Of a stretch of 64,000 bases of DNA, positions 26,313 to 41,679 are shown piece after piece. Where the stretch lies: assembly GCA_951406725.2 (NCBI GenBank), contig OX597820.1, forward strand, positions 58,094,001-58,158,000, given 5' to 3'. The notes under the pieces are model-generated. The model saw only the letters and a list, made by a program, of their open reading frames with translations, ran no database searches and was not told the origin of the DNA. The first letter of the stretch is position 1; each line of letters opens with the position of its first letter. Position numbers and translations under genes: made by a program. The stretch is from Octopus vulgaris. Its lineage: Eukaryota.

Positions 26313-26373
<61 letters not shown>

Positions 26374-26521
26374 TGTGTGCGAGTGTGCATGCGTGAATGC
26401 ATTTATATGCATATTATATACATACATATGTATATAATGCGCATATATTACACATACATGTATATACAAATACATATAGATCTATACATATATGTATATA
26501 CATATATGCATATATACGCAC

Positions 26522-26562
<41 letters not shown>

Positions 26563-26666
26563 CATGTATGTATGTATATATACATATAGATCTATACATA
26601 CATGAATGTACATATATGCACGTATATATATATTTATATATATTCATATATATAGATATATATACG

Positions 26667-26706
<40 letters not shown>

Positions 26707-27517
26707 AACATACTCAAGCATATACACACGACATGCAAATATGTGTGTGTGTACAGACAGACATACACACAAATTCACTCAGAACATAACTCTCACTCAC
26801 TCACACATATCTACACGTACATTTATATCTATCCATACATACAAATACATATATATATATATATATACATATATGTGTATATATTTATAAATAGATACCT
26901 ACACACACACACACACATATGTATGTATATATATATATATTTATATATTTATTTATTTATTTTTTTATTTATAAAAGTTAAACACACCCAAGTTGTAATG
27001 GTTTATGTATTTTTGATGAAAACCACATGATTGTGGAACATTGATGGTGCATACAAGGTGGAAGGAAATAAATCATAGACACACATATACATTTATAAAG
27101 GTGGTTATACACGTTCACACATACACACACATACTCATACACACACATACGTACAAACACAAACTCACACATACACATGCACACACACACACACACACAC
27201 ACACATAGCCGTAGTCGCGCAATCATAGAAACACCTGCACACATGCGGACATATATATCCACGCACAGGAAGAAAGAAAGAAAGAAAGAAAGGAAGCGTA
27301 GACTTGGTGAGAAATAAAGTTAGCGTATGTAACGAAAACCAGGGATTGATTGAAGAATGAAGTTTATTCATGCGTGAAAGCACAGACATATTTGAACGTA
27401 CGCAATGTATACAAAGAGAAGAGAGAGTGGGCGAGAGAGACAGAGAAAGATGGAAAGAGAATGAGAGAGAGAGAGGGGGGAAGGCTAAAACATATACCTA
27501 TACATGAAAGTGTGTAC

Positions 27518-27567
<50 letters not shown>

Positions 27568-27569
27568 AC

Positions 27570-27600
<31 letters not shown>

Positions 27601-27611
27601 TATAATTATAT

Positions 27612-27683
<72 letters not shown>

Positions 27684-27892
27684 GCGTATGTATAATACAT
27701 TTCTATAGAAAAATAATTATATATAATAAATGTATATAGGAATATATACATATATTTTTGTATGCATATACGTATGTATACATGTTTATATCAATACATA
27801 TGTGCATAGGAATGCATACATTATGAATGTATGTATATGTGTCTGCATATGCATACCTCTACACATACATACATTGATATATATATATATAT

Positions 27893-27945
<53 letters not shown>

Positions 27946-30259
27946 CGAATATATGCATACATACATACGTACATAGAAACATACATTTATAAATAAAAAC
28001 ATATATATATATATATAAATATGTATACATGCATGTGCATGTGACAATGTGGATGTTAATAAGTAAACTGCGTGTGTATAGTTACACTCATACATTCACA
28101 TATACATACATGCATATATATATATATACATGCACACATACATACACATTTATACTCGCAAACATAAGCATATATGTGTGTACGAGTATGTGTGTGTGTC
28201 ATTGTGTGTGTGTGTGCGCATGTGTATGCGAATTACGTATGCAAGTATGTAAGCGCTGTTTACGAACGGCTGAATATATAAAACGTTTATTTCCATTCAG
28301 ATACATGTATTTTAAATAGGTTTATGTTCTTCTTTTCTCTTCTTTTAATACCTGAATTACTTTCAGACAGCAATGTTTATACAATACGTATTGTAGTATC
28401 ACTTAACAAGTACAAATCTTGTGAATTATAGACGCCGCTGCTCGTTTATCACGCTAGATCAAAAGAGGTTGGTGATAAAGTAAAAAAGAAGGAAAAAAAT
28501 GTAAAATATTCATTGACTAGAGTTTGGTGATTACTGTTACAGTCAATTTTATGAATCACTTTCCTGATTCAGCAATCATTCAGCCAGCCTGTATAAACAG
28601 GAAGTGGTTATTGCGACACCTGACGACCTGGGATTTTTTTTTTAACCTCATGGAAGGAAGTCAGTGTATAGATATTGTGGGTAACTACTCATATTCAATT
28701 TCCTTTCAGCCCCTAATTCGTCTCTAACTAAGGATAACTTGGAGAGAGAAAAAAAATGTCAAGAAATAATGAGAATTCCATCTTGTTGCTCGTAAAACTC
28801 GAGAAAACAAACATCCAGTTACATTCAAAAGTTATCTATCAATCTCGCATGTCTCTCACTTATTATTCGAGATCTGTGTATAAATTTGCACTAGTCGCCA
28901 TCGAAAATAAAGGCTTATAGTGAAACTTCCTGTCATTGTAGGGTCTGGCCATTCATTTAGGTAATTAAAGTAGTATACTGCTCACTGGTGATAAATGCAT
29001 ATGCATAAAGTCAAAATTATAAGAATATCTTAACACAATGAATTACTGATTAACTTCAGTTACAAAGTCGATCAAGACACTCGGTAAGTACAAAAGAAAA
29101 ATACATCCGTGTGTGTCTGTTTGTATGTGTGTGTGTGTGTTCGTGTGAGTGTGTGTGTATGTGTGTGCCACAACCATTTCCTATGGAAGACCTCTTCTTT
29201 AAAATATTCGGTAATTACACAGTGTTCCCACACTTTACAACGTTGGTAAATAGACTATATACGGCAATTATTTACAGAGTTGTGCTAAAACAACAAGAAT
29301 TAAGTATCTTTCTTAACCATGAGCACAATCAGCACTGATTGCACTATCGATACAAAGGGCTAGTCCCTCTGCTGGAGGTTGAATAGCTGCGAATTTACAA
29401 TACATCGTAATAAACGAAAGATCCGGGATGTGTCTGGTCACTCAAATCATACCCTACCGACTTAATACAGAAGAGCAAATTATTTAAAGTTGAAAAACAA
29501 GAAAAATAACCCTAAAAGCAGTAGAAATGCACGAACGATTGTGGTGGTGCAATGAAGTAAATATGCTTCAGATACACTCGTTTATTCATACAAACGTAAC
29601 TGAGATGAAATATGTCATAAATAACAGTGACACACGAAATACACACCGCCGGAAGTTGTTTGACAAACAACAGCAGTAATTTTATTCAGCTGAATACACG
29701 TCATTGATTGGTTGAAATTACCGAAATACGACAACATTAACACGAAATAACTTTGAAAATACAAACTTTTCTCAACAACACTAAGAGTAAAAGATGTTTT
29801 ATATGCCACATTCTACCAGTGTCCGAAGTTTGAAAGTGTTAGTTACCAAAAATTAATTTCTCGATCTGCTGTTCAAAGGGAAAAGATTCTAAAGTTGTCT
29901 TAGATGAAGTGAAAAGAAGATACAATACATTTTATTTTAACAGATCTAACAAGGTACAAAGTTACAAAAGTCGAAAACGTGGTACAGTCGAGTAAATAGA
30001 CATCTATATATAATTACATCACTCTACATCCTAAGTTCAAACCCAACCAGTGACGTTTTGCCATTCATTTATACACATATTTTGTGAAAGGAGGTTAGCA
30101 TCAGTCTGTCATGATGGGTGGTATATTCCAGTCAACCCCTCTCACAAACAAACGGCGTTCTACCTATGTATAAAATCAATATTACACCATTAAGCCAAAT
30201 TTCATTTAAAATATTATGAACAAATATTACAAATATTTTATCAAAGGCAAAGCTGTCTG

Positions 30260-30293
<34 letters not shown>

Positions 30294-30314
30294 AGAGAGA
30301 GAGATGTATAAGTA

Positions 30315-30362
<48 letters not shown>

Positions 30363-31450
30363 ACACATACAAAGACATACATACGTACTTACATACATGC
30401 AAACACACACACGGTGTGTGTGTGTGTCGCTTACAAAGACATACCGTTCTGAGAATAAACAGACTTTCAAAAAGTAAATAAACAAATAAAAACAAATATG
30501 TATGAACAAAATAAAAGTCACGTAGGAAATATCCGATTATTTTTCTTCTTTAGCACATTATACACTAAATTACTTGTGTGATGATTAAATAAAATGTCCA
30601 ATACATAAAATTTTTGATGGTGGTAATGGACTAAAAGATGGCTACGGTAAAATATCTTAAAGTGAAAACAACTTACGTGTTTAGTTTTTATTTTCTTTAA
30701 CCACATATTAAAGATGTTTAGAGACTCAAAAAAAAAAAACAGATTAAATGTTGATATCTCTTGTATATCTGAGATGGTCAGTTGGTAACGAGGATGAGGA
30801 GTTAGACTGTGTGGCAAAGGAACCAAAGTTCGTTTTATTTTTCCGCCACCAGCCTATATTACATTCATGGCCGACGCTCATAGCTTCACTGCCGAATAAT
30901 TAAGTTTATTCGCTGTAGAAAGACAACAGAAAGTTAAGACGCTACCTAACTAGGCATGGGAGGCTTCGAAGAATTGAATGATTTTACAGGTATTGTGTTA
31001 ACTGGTACTGCTGTGAAAAACTTTTGGTAAGTGTAATTGAACTAGGTTAAATTAATGTACATTAGATACGCTATATCAAGGTATCGAGCTGTTAGAAACG
31101 GGAACAATGCTTGGCATTTCTTTCAGTTCTTTATGCTGTCAGTTCAAATTTCAGCTTCAACATTCATCCTCTTGGGATCAATAAAATAAGTACCAGTTGA
31201 GCACAAAGATTGATGTAATCGACAATTCCATCGCCTAAAATTGTTGGTCTTGTGCTAAACGAAGCCTTTTAGCAGCAAACTCTCTCGAAACAAGTTCTTT
31301 TTTAAGAGGAACAAGATTTTTAAGTTCTTTCGGGCATGCAGAGAAGGAAAGAATGATTTGGCGGAGTCATGCCTTTCCCATGAGAATAAAGTAAACTATT
31401 TTCTAGTTAAGAATCCTATCAACATAGATTGGCTTAACATAGATAATTTT

Positions 31451-31965
31451 GTGGAGGCGCGTGGCTTAGTGGTTAGGGTGCCAGGATCATGGTCGTAAGA
31501 TTGTGGTTTCGATTCCTGGACCGGGCGACGTGTTGTGTTCTTGAGCAAAACACTTCGTTTCACGTTACTCCAATCCACTCAGCTGGCAAAAATGAGTGAC
31601 GCTGCGATGGACTGGCGTCCCGTCCAGCTAGGGAATGCATATGCCACTGAAACCGGAAAACCGAGCCCATGAGCCTGGCTCGGCTTTAAAAGGACGCGTT
31701 TATTTGTGGAGGCGTGTGGCTTAGTGGTTAGGGTGTTAGCATCATGTTCGTAAGATTGTGGTTTCGATTCCTGGAACTGGGGACGCGTTGTGTTCTTGAG
31801 CAAAGCACTTCATTTCACGTTACTCCAATCCACTCAGCTGGCAAAAATGAGTAACGCTGCGATGGACTGGCGTCCCGTCCATCTGGGGAATACATACGCC
31901 ATAGAAACCGCGAAACCGGGCCCATGAGTCTGGCTAGGCTTTAAAAGGGCTCATTTATTTATTTT
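31451..31965 (+). mobile_element. Tandem dimer of tRNA-derived SINE family E
   Basis: Units 31451-31705 and 31706-31965, with a single flanking duplication taacatagataattt/taacagataattt. Confidence 0.9.
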
Positions 31966-32809
31966 TAACAGATAATTTAGCATGCCAGGAGTACTCGTTA
32001 CGCGAAAGATCAACGTATTGGAATATCGGCAAGATTCCCTAAAAACACCACAAAGCTTAAAATTTATGGTGAAAGTTGCAGGGAATTTTCGAATGCAGAT
32101 GTGACGAAATGAAGTAAAATAATCAGGAACAATGAAGTTGTAAGTTTAGGTCTTCATAAACCATTCGTTTGACGTGTATAATCTGAAGCGAGTTTCTAAA
32201 ATATTATGTGATAAATTGCTAAATTCTGCCATTCAGTTTTGAAACCGCGTTCAAGATTTTCGCGTTAATGCAGAAGCATGAAATGTATATGCATCGCAAC
32301 CAACGGAATCACCGTCACCGTCACCACTCTCATATTTTATGCGCATGAAAAATGTTGTGGTGTACTCAGTACTACATGAGAACACATTAAGTTGTCGCTC
32401 AGGAGTGCACCACATACACTTGTATTCATTTGACCTCATATGTAAATAAAGAATGAGTTACCAGCAATGTGGGAACGCAATGCCGATTCAATTTCCGGTT
32501 TAAGCAAATTCATTACGATCACCATTCATTGTTAATAAGCTTCACAGCTCACAAATTATCTTTGCTACCCTCCCCATCCACCCCCAACCCCAAAATGTCG
32601 ATTGGAACAAAGCTACATGACTAAGGTCAATGCCATTAGACTTCAACTATATAGGTTGAAGAAACAACAGAATGAATTCAGTTGTGAAATTTTAAAATTA
32701 GAATATTTAGAAAAACGTCAAAAATTACATAGCATTAAATATTCTTTCTCACCTTCCCCGTCTATCGTGTTGAAAAGTTTCTACAGAATACATATATACA
32801 TGTGTGTGG

Positions 32810-32866
<57 letters not shown>

Positions 32867-32914
32867 CATATATACATGTGTATATATGCATGCATATATA
32901 TATATATCGACATC

Positions 32915-32952
<38 letters not shown>

Positions 32953-32986
32953 AGTGTGTGTGTGTGTGTGTGTGTATGCGTGTGTG

Positions 32987-33022
<36 letters not shown>

Positions 33023-33329
33023 TCATATATGTATGTCTACATACTTGCAAGCATACACACATAGAAAGGGAGAAAATAAAATGGTTGCCACCTGCAATCC
33101 TGCAATGGGATATAATTTCATATCAGTTTCCACCATGCGTTTCCATAATGTATTTCATAATGCACTTTTTTAATATGTTCAAGTAATTGAGAGCAGCAAA
33201 ATATATAGATGCACACAAGTATGTATGTGTGCGTGTGCGTGTGTCCGTCCGTCTGTCTGTGTAAGCTTGTGAACAGAATGTAAGACCGAAGAAAAAGCAG
33301 AAGTCAATATATAATGTCTATATATATTG

Positions 33330-33687
33330 CAGGTCTCATAACAAGCTTACTTCCCAACTATATGGTCCTGGGTTCAACCCCACTGCGTGGCATCTTGGGC
33401 AAGTATCTGCTATTATAGCCTTGTGAGTGGATTTGGTAGACGGAAACTGATAGAAGTCCGTCGTGTATATGTATATGTATATACCTATGGGTGTGTCTTT
33501 TTGTGTATGGGTTTGTCGCCCCCCATTGCTTGAAAACAGATGTTATACCCCACTTTTCTTAGCAGTTCGGCAAAAGAGACTGATACATTAAGTACCAGGG
33601 TTTAAAACATAATTCCTGGAGCCGAATTGTTCGACTAAAATCCTTCAAGGCGGTCTCCAAGCATGGCCGCAGTGAAATGGATGAAAC

Positions 33688-33690
<3 letters not shown>
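33330..33690 (+). mobile_element. tRNA-derived SINE, family C (decayed)
   Basis: ccactgcgtggcatcttgggcaagt..gtgagtggatttggtagacggaaactga..gcatggccgcagt matches 46840-47250. Confidence 0.8.
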
Positions 33691-33759
<69 letters not shown>

Positions 33760-34160
33760 GAAAAGCCTGGACTCCGTCGGTCACGGGTGCACCTAAGAGG
33801 TTGCCCTGCGGAGTACGAGTCAGGACGGAAAGTCGCCTCACTGGCGAACGTACAACCCAGGGTTGTTTTAATGAAAAACCAGCAGTGACCTTTGCATACC
33901 AGCCTCCCCACTCCACGCCACCGATGTTATCCAAAGGAAAGGCAAAAGCCAATACACCTTGGCACCAGTGACGTCTTTCTTAGCACTTGAATATAAAAGA
34001 ATAACTTTTTTTCCGTAGTGGAAGACAGACTGTAGCAGATATCATAAGCGCATTGGAGAAACATAACACAGATACACATACGGAAATGTATGCACATTTA
34101 CATACATGCATACATTATAAACATTATATATGTATAAACATTATATATATATATATATAT

Positions 34161-34812
34161 ACATTGATGAGTTGCGGACAATTACGTAATCTTTATATTT
34201 TGTATCTTTTCATTTGTCTTGAACGCTTACGTTCTGGCGTTTGCTAAATTTTCTTGAGTGCAATCCTTTCTTAATGGTAAGACCATATGGGTCTACTTCT
34301 AGCATAATGGATGTCCACTTAGTGGTCATCCTTTTTATATGTATGTAATATAATTTTTCTGAATCCTCAGATTTTTCAATGTGCTAGAACACTGGCTTTT
34401 AATTGATATTAATCAAAATTAAATTCAAATAACTATGTTCTCTAACCAGGAAAATTCACTGCAGAGAATTATTTTCTGCAGAATTATTTCCGGTATTTTG
34501 GCGCGCCAAAACGAACACTTTTGAAAGATCACCCCAAATGTAATTGGTAGAACTGTATATATGTTCAATCTCATGCGGACGTCCCGTGTATAGTTCTGCA
34601 AATTATATTTTGCTATGATGATCACACTGATGAGTTGCGGACAATGACCTAAGTAATTATGTAAGTGGTAACAAGGAAATCGGATTTGTGCTTAATCTTT
34701 ATATTTTGTATCTTTTCATTTGTCTTGCTCGCTTACGTTCTGACGTTTGCTAAATTTTCTTGAGAACAATCCTTTCTTAATGGTAAGACCATAGGGATTC
34801 TACTTCTAGCAT
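34161..34812 (+). mobile_element. Partial tandem direct repeat (pLTR-like) with a hammerhead, in TA/CT microsatellite
   Basis: 34161-34304 is repeated at 34624-34812. The second copy has caca-CTGATGA(34627)-gttgc..gtaac-aag-GAAA-TCGGA-TT-tgtg; the first lacks the HHR 3' half. Confidence 0.75.
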
Positions 34813-35110
34813 CTCTCTCTTATATATATATATATATATATATATAAGGAGAAAGAGAGAATAGTATACATATAAATCGACGTGTGCATATGCACATGTG
34901 TAGGTATGCAACCGTATTACAAACATGGCCATGTACTTACACGTACACATTTAGACCTATACGCAGAATACACACACACATAGTCACATTAACGCACAAA
35001 TATACCCCTGGGTGTGTGTGTGTGTACGTATATCTAAACAAGCAATATTATGCATAGCGGCATATAGGCTGCCATACCACATAAATGATAAAACATATGC
35101 ACTATTAATA

Positions 35111-35199
<89 letters not shown>

Positions 35200-35261
35200 T
35201 ATATATATATATACAGTCAGACAGATGAATAGACAGACAGACAGACAAACAGAAAGAAAGA

Positions 35262-35346
<85 letters not shown>

Positions 35347-35351
35347 CTGCA

Positions 35352-35890
35352 AAAGAAGATATCAGCTAAATATAAGTTTAATATCGGTTACAATTGTTTC
35401 GGTGGCATTCTATTTCCAAGCCACATTTACAGATAAATTCCACAAGGCTTGTAGTGTGAAACACCATCTTCCTCAAGCCTGATCTGACTTAAGTTTTCCG
35501 CGCCTACGGATTACATATCGTTGAATCCCATTTATTTATCCGTCTTAATGTGTACATAGCCGAGGGTTTATATCGATTGTTACGTAAGGAAACACACCAG
35601 AGCTTAGTAAATCCCAACTTACCATACTTGCTCTAGATTCTAATGAACGCTGACAGTGAATTTCCAAAATGATGAAGAGATTATATATTATCATGTATAA
35701 TAACTAAGTTTGATAAGGTCTGAAGATGGTGTTCGGCACTACTTAAGCTATGCTTATTTTATACAAATCTTGTGTGATTTATCAGATATAACTATATTTA
35801 TGCGTAATGTTCTTAAAAGCGGTATAATACCGAAACAGTTGTTACCGAACGGTATTAAACTTACGTTTAATTGATACATTCATCTTTGTC
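35352..35890. mobile_element. Old inverted-repeat element with a long-stem-II hammerhead
   Basis: Plus strand: ggt-CTGAAGA(35720)-tggtgtt..aatacc-GAAA(35832)-CAGTTG-TT-acc. A decayed inverted copy lies at 35352-35480. Confidence 0.7.
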
Positions 35891-36274
35891 TTATTTTATG
35901 CTCTGCTATATTACATAACAACTGATTCTATCAGCGATATTCCTAGGATTTCATGGGTCTGTGGATTATATTTTATGGGAGCACATCTAATAACAATCTA
36001 AAGGTGCAGATACTCTGGAGTTCATATCGAATCACATGTAAAAGCATACGCTGGAAATTAACTAATTCCAAATATATCGATATTTATACGCATGAACGCA
36101 CGAACGCACGCACCTCCCCCCCCACACACACACATACTGCCTGTTTTCTCATATTTTAGCTATAGTTTTCTACAGAAGAAAAAACATGGGCTCGAATTAT
36201 GCCCCACTTTGTTGAATACTATATTAGAGAACGATTGCATCATGTCAAATATATATTCAGTATATTCTTTTACA

Positions 36275-36680
36275 CTTCACTCTTTTACTTGCTTCAGTCA
36301 TTTGAATGTGGCCATGCTGGAGCACTGCCTTTAGTCGAGCAAATCGACCCCAGGACTTATTCTTTGTAAGCCTAGTACTTATTCTTTCGTTCTCTTTTGC
36401 CAAACCGCTAAGTTACGGGGACGTATACACACCAGCATCGGTTGTCAAGCGATGTTGGAGGGACAAACACAGACACACAAACATACGCATATACACACAT
36501 ATATATATACATATATACGACGGGCTTCGTGGAGTTTCCGTCTACCAAATCCACTCACAAGACTTTGGTCGGCACGAGGTCATAGGAGAAGACACTCGCC
36601 CAAGGTGCCACGCAGTAGGACTGAACCCGGAACCATGTGGTTGGTAAGCAAGCTACTTACCACACAGTCACTCCTACGCA
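36275..36680 (-). mobile_element. tRNA-derived SINE, family C
   Basis: Full-length reverse match to 46840-47250. Confidence 0.9.
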
Positions 36681-37219
36681 ATTCTTAAGGCGGTGAGCTA
36701 GCACAATCGATACCACATCGGGCAATATGCTTAGAAGCGTTTTATCCGTCTGTAGGTTTTGAGGTCGACTTTGCCTTTCATCCTTTCGAAGTCGATAAAA
36801 TAAGGACCATTTGAGTAATGGATTTGATGTAATAGACTTAGACCTTCCTGAGAACATGCTGACCTTATGCCATAATTTGAAACCTTAAGGCGGCGAGCTG
36901 GATGAAGCATTAGCACGTCGGACGAAATGCTTAGCGGCAGTTCATCTATGTTCACGTTCTATGTTCAAATTCTGCCGAGGTCGACTTTGCCTTTCGTATT
37001 TTCGAATTCGATAAGATAAGCACAAATTGTGCACTGATGTAATTGACTTAACCCTTTCTCCCGGGCTTGCTGGCCCTGAGGCAAAGCTTGAAACCAATAT
37101 ATTTTACAATTTCTACATTACGATACATATATACATACAAACATACATACATACTTATACATACTTACATGTGAGTGTTCGTCCCCCGATGTTGTTGTCT
37201 TTACGTCCCCGATACATAC

Positions 37220-37650
<431 letters not shown>

Positions 37651-37761
37651 ACATAGATAGATAGATATGCATATTTATGTATGTATATATATATATACAT
37701 ATATATACACATATATATAATGTATGTATATATATATATATATATATACATATATACCTGT

Positions 37762-37802
<41 letters not shown>

Positions 37803-38787
37803 TGTGTAGTATGTAGAATGTAAGTAAGACGAAGATACACACTAGAAAAACGCAAACAAACCACGCGTACTCATAAATATGAAAAAGATGAGGTGAATGT
37901 GCTGAGAGGAGAGGCAGACGATATGAAGAAAGAAGTGCGGGGAAGAGAAGAAGACGTGGGAGAGAGGAGGGAGAGAGAGAGAGAGAGAGAGGAGGGGGGA
38001 GTGAGTAGCAGTTGTCTGCGAGAGATAATTATCTGGCAATGTAGTCCGTTTGAAAGATGATGAGACAGACAGTTATACCGAGAGATAACTCGATTGAGTG
38101 GTTGATTAACTTATCGATTGAAAAATGAAATACACTGACAGGAAGATAAATAGATAAACTGATTGACACACGGCAACAGACACGCTAGCTCTCTCTCTCT
38201 CTCTCTCTCTCGTTGCCTTTGTTTTTGTTGTTTGCTCTTGTTTTTGTTGTTGTTGTTGTTTTGCCACAGGTTATCCCTGATTTACCAAACCTTTGATCAA
38301 ACTTATTCTAGTTATGATCATCCCGGTTTTCTTTTGACAACAAAAGATTACATTGACTGATGTTCTTCTTATATTTCAGTTACTATTTCTTACTATTTGT
38401 TTAACTATGTGGTTCCCGTGTAAGCTCATATAAGCTTGTTTGTTTTGTTGTTGTTGTTGTTGTTGCTGTTGTTATTTAGCCACCAAATCAGCTCTAATTG
38501 AGTAGACATATGATCAAAGATGTTTTTTATTTGTGATAATCAAGTCTGTTTGTATATCGATATCGATGTTTAAATTGTTCAAGGTGTCCTTTTTTTTTTT
38601 TTAGATGGTAATGTGTGAGTTAAGGAAATTTATTTACTATTTCTAGCAAGTCGAGCAACCGCGTATACGATTCTTTTTGATTCGTCAAACAATTTATGTA
38701 AGTTGTTAAACAGAATTTTAATACGATTAAACGCTTACATTATATAACTACAACTAGTTGCTTGGCTTTTTATCTACTGTTTTATCT

Positions 38788-38809
<22 letters not shown>

Positions 38810-38818
<9 letters not shown>

Positions 38819-38980
38819 CGACGGGCTTCTTTCAGTTTGCGTCTACCAATCCACTCACAAGGCCTTGGTCTGCCCGAGGCTATAGTAGAAGACACTTGCC
38901 CAAGGTGCCACGGAGTAGGATTGAACCCGGCAACATGAGGCTGGTAAGCAAGCTACTTACCACAGAGCCATTCCTGCGCC
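38810..38980 (-). mobile_element. Family C SINE 5' half
   Basis: Reverse match to the family C head and core, ending at the internal microsatellite. Confidence 0.85.
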
Positions 38981-40029
38981 TATATATACATATCAATAAT
39001 CAGTCCGATATAACACTCATACAAAAGATGCTGCCTTTTATTGTTGGCAATGGGAACTGTATTCATGTGGAATAAAGTAACCTGTACAGAAACACGGTGA
39101 AATGTTCGTACGGGATTTGAACTCAACGCAAGAATAAATACTCCTATTTTCAATCCAATCTGCTGTTTTCGCTTCTACAAGAACACGACAAAAAAGAACT
39201 TAAATATATACATTTACACTTAAACATCTATTCATAATTTGACACAAATAGTTAGAGAAACATAAGGCAAACAAATGTCCATACAGTATGAAGATACTAA
39301 CGCTTCTTTTCCGGTGTATTAGCAAAAAGCAACAGCCCGGAAAGAATAGTGTTAATTATGCTATAATTGAATCGTCAGATCTTAATGTTACTCGCTCACC
39401 TCTTCTTGCACAAAACGTACTTCCGGGTGACAGAGAAATCGATAGCGCTTGCAAACACATGGTAAGAATTAAAACAGGCCTTAAGTTTGGGGCAAAAAAG
39501 AAACTAAAGGCAGCGAGATCTCATTTCAAGTACAAAATTGTTAAATGTAAAATTTATTGGTTACGTTTCGTAAGGCGGTATGCTGGCAGAATCGCTAGCA
39601 TGCTGAACACAATATTTAGCAACACTTCGTCTGATTACATCCTGAGTTCAAATTCTACCGAAGTCTATTTTGGGTCGATAAAATAAGTACCAGCTGAGCA
39701 CTAGGGTCGTTGTAATCGACTTATTCCTTCCCCAAAAATTGATGGCCTTGTACGAAAATTTGAAACCAATTTTTACTTATTTATTATTTCTTTGTTCAAT
39801 TGTTTTTCAATTTATTTTTCTAAAATTTTCGTTGCGTCGTGCAACCTTTTCAATAGTCGTTTTTCAATTGTCATTAATATTATTACGAAAAATATATTAT
39901 TCAAGTATTCGTGTAACAGAACACTTTTGTGTGCTTTTTAAGACAGCTGACCTGTCCGTTAAAATTAGAGCATGCGCAAAGAACAAGGGGAATCGGAATA
40001 TTTCGATTGGTTTTTGAAATTTCTATATT

Positions 40030-40420
40030 TCGGAACGTAAAGAAAGGCTGCTCATTTGAAACTGAGGTTTTGATTACTGTTGAAAACAAAGGGAAAAAAA
40101 CCCCAATATTTTTTGTTCTAAGAAAAGACAGAAGTTCTAGAAACTGTTTTTCTGAGGTAAAAATTGTTCGCGATTATTAAGGATTGACCACAAGTTTAAG
40201 AAAAAAATAGTAAAATACAATTTTTTACCAACAAGGAAACGCAAGATTCTGTTCGAAGATATCGATGAAGCAGTTTTTCTCCGGTTTAGAAAACAAAGGG
40301 AGATAAACATTCTAATTAGCGGGCCGCTTAGTCAAGTGAAAATTTAGAACATGACAAAACTTTTTTCTTGTAAATCATGAGTGTCTGGATCGATTCAAGT
40401 CGTCTGTGGAGAAGGAGTTA
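40030..40420 (+). pseudogene. pogo/Tigger transposase relic (CENP-B-type HTH)
   Basis: FEDIDEAVFLRFRKQREINILISGPLSQVK (40252) followed by LDRFK (40385). Confidence 0.75.
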
Positions 40421-41679
40421 TCGTTCCAATACAAAAAGCGAGTGGAAAGGGGAAATATGCAAAATTATTTCTTCTTGAAACAAACATATAGTTTATTGGA
40501 CAATCGGCTGTATTAAACTTTGTTCGCTTTGAAGATACTTTGCTCTCCTGATGGAAATGGTATATTTCAGTGCTGTGAGCAGTAGCAGTTCTGCGTCATT
40601 GCATTACAGTGTTGTGATCGATTCCTCTCGAGAACACGACGTAGAAGACAAATGCTGTTTCTTTTTGATGTTATGTGAATACTCAATTGTCCTTGTCTCC
40701 ATATGATAAAACACGGTTGCGAGTACATCTATGGGTGTTTTTTTTGTGTGTGTGTGTGTGTGTATGTGTGTGTGTGTGTGTGTTGATGTGTGTGTGTGTG
40801 TGTGTATTGGCAAATAGGTTGACACAAACATTGATATACTAAATTCGACAGACTATAAAAAAAAGATAATGCTCTTAATCTAAGCTGTCTTCCGGAACAT
40901 GGTTGATGTATAAGAAACAAAAATATAGATAACGAAATAGATATATAGATATCTAAAATGGAAAGACGACTAAAATAACATAATTGTTCTCTGAAGGAAG
41001 ATAATTTTGAGAGGAAAAAATATATATATAATAATTTAATGATTTTTATTTTAATAATAATGGTCTACCGTCGCAAAAATGTTTTAAAACTAAAAAAATT
41101 GGCTCTGTAGATTCTTAATTTGATCTCATTTATTTCTTTGATCATTTGTGCAGTTGCTTTAGGTTTAAGATATTTGATTTCACTGTCTTTACAGAATGGT
41201 AAAATCGTTATAGAGCCAGACGAAATGATTTAGGGTAGTTAGCTATGTTGTGAGCTAAAATTTCACCGAGGCCCACTTTGTCTTTCATTTTTCTAAGCTT
41301 AATAAAATATGTGCAAGTGCAAGATTAATATAAAAGACTATTCCACCGACTATTCCCGGAAAAAACATAAGAAGACGATATCGAGCTTTGGGTCTACTTA
41401 AAAGTTTTATGTCTCAAATTGCAGCAAGCTGGCAGAATCGTTAACACACCGCCCAAAAATGCTTAGACGGTTTTTCGCATTCGGAGTTCAAATATCGCCG
41501 AGGTCAAGTTTGATTTTTATCATATCGGATTCGACAAAATTAGTACCAGTTGAGCACTGGTTTCGATATAATCGATTTCCCCCCTCTCTGGCTAAATGCT
41601 TTCCTGTCTATTTCGGTGCATAAATAACTAGATCCATATAGCATTGTTTCATTACATTCTTTTTTACTCTAGATTAGAG

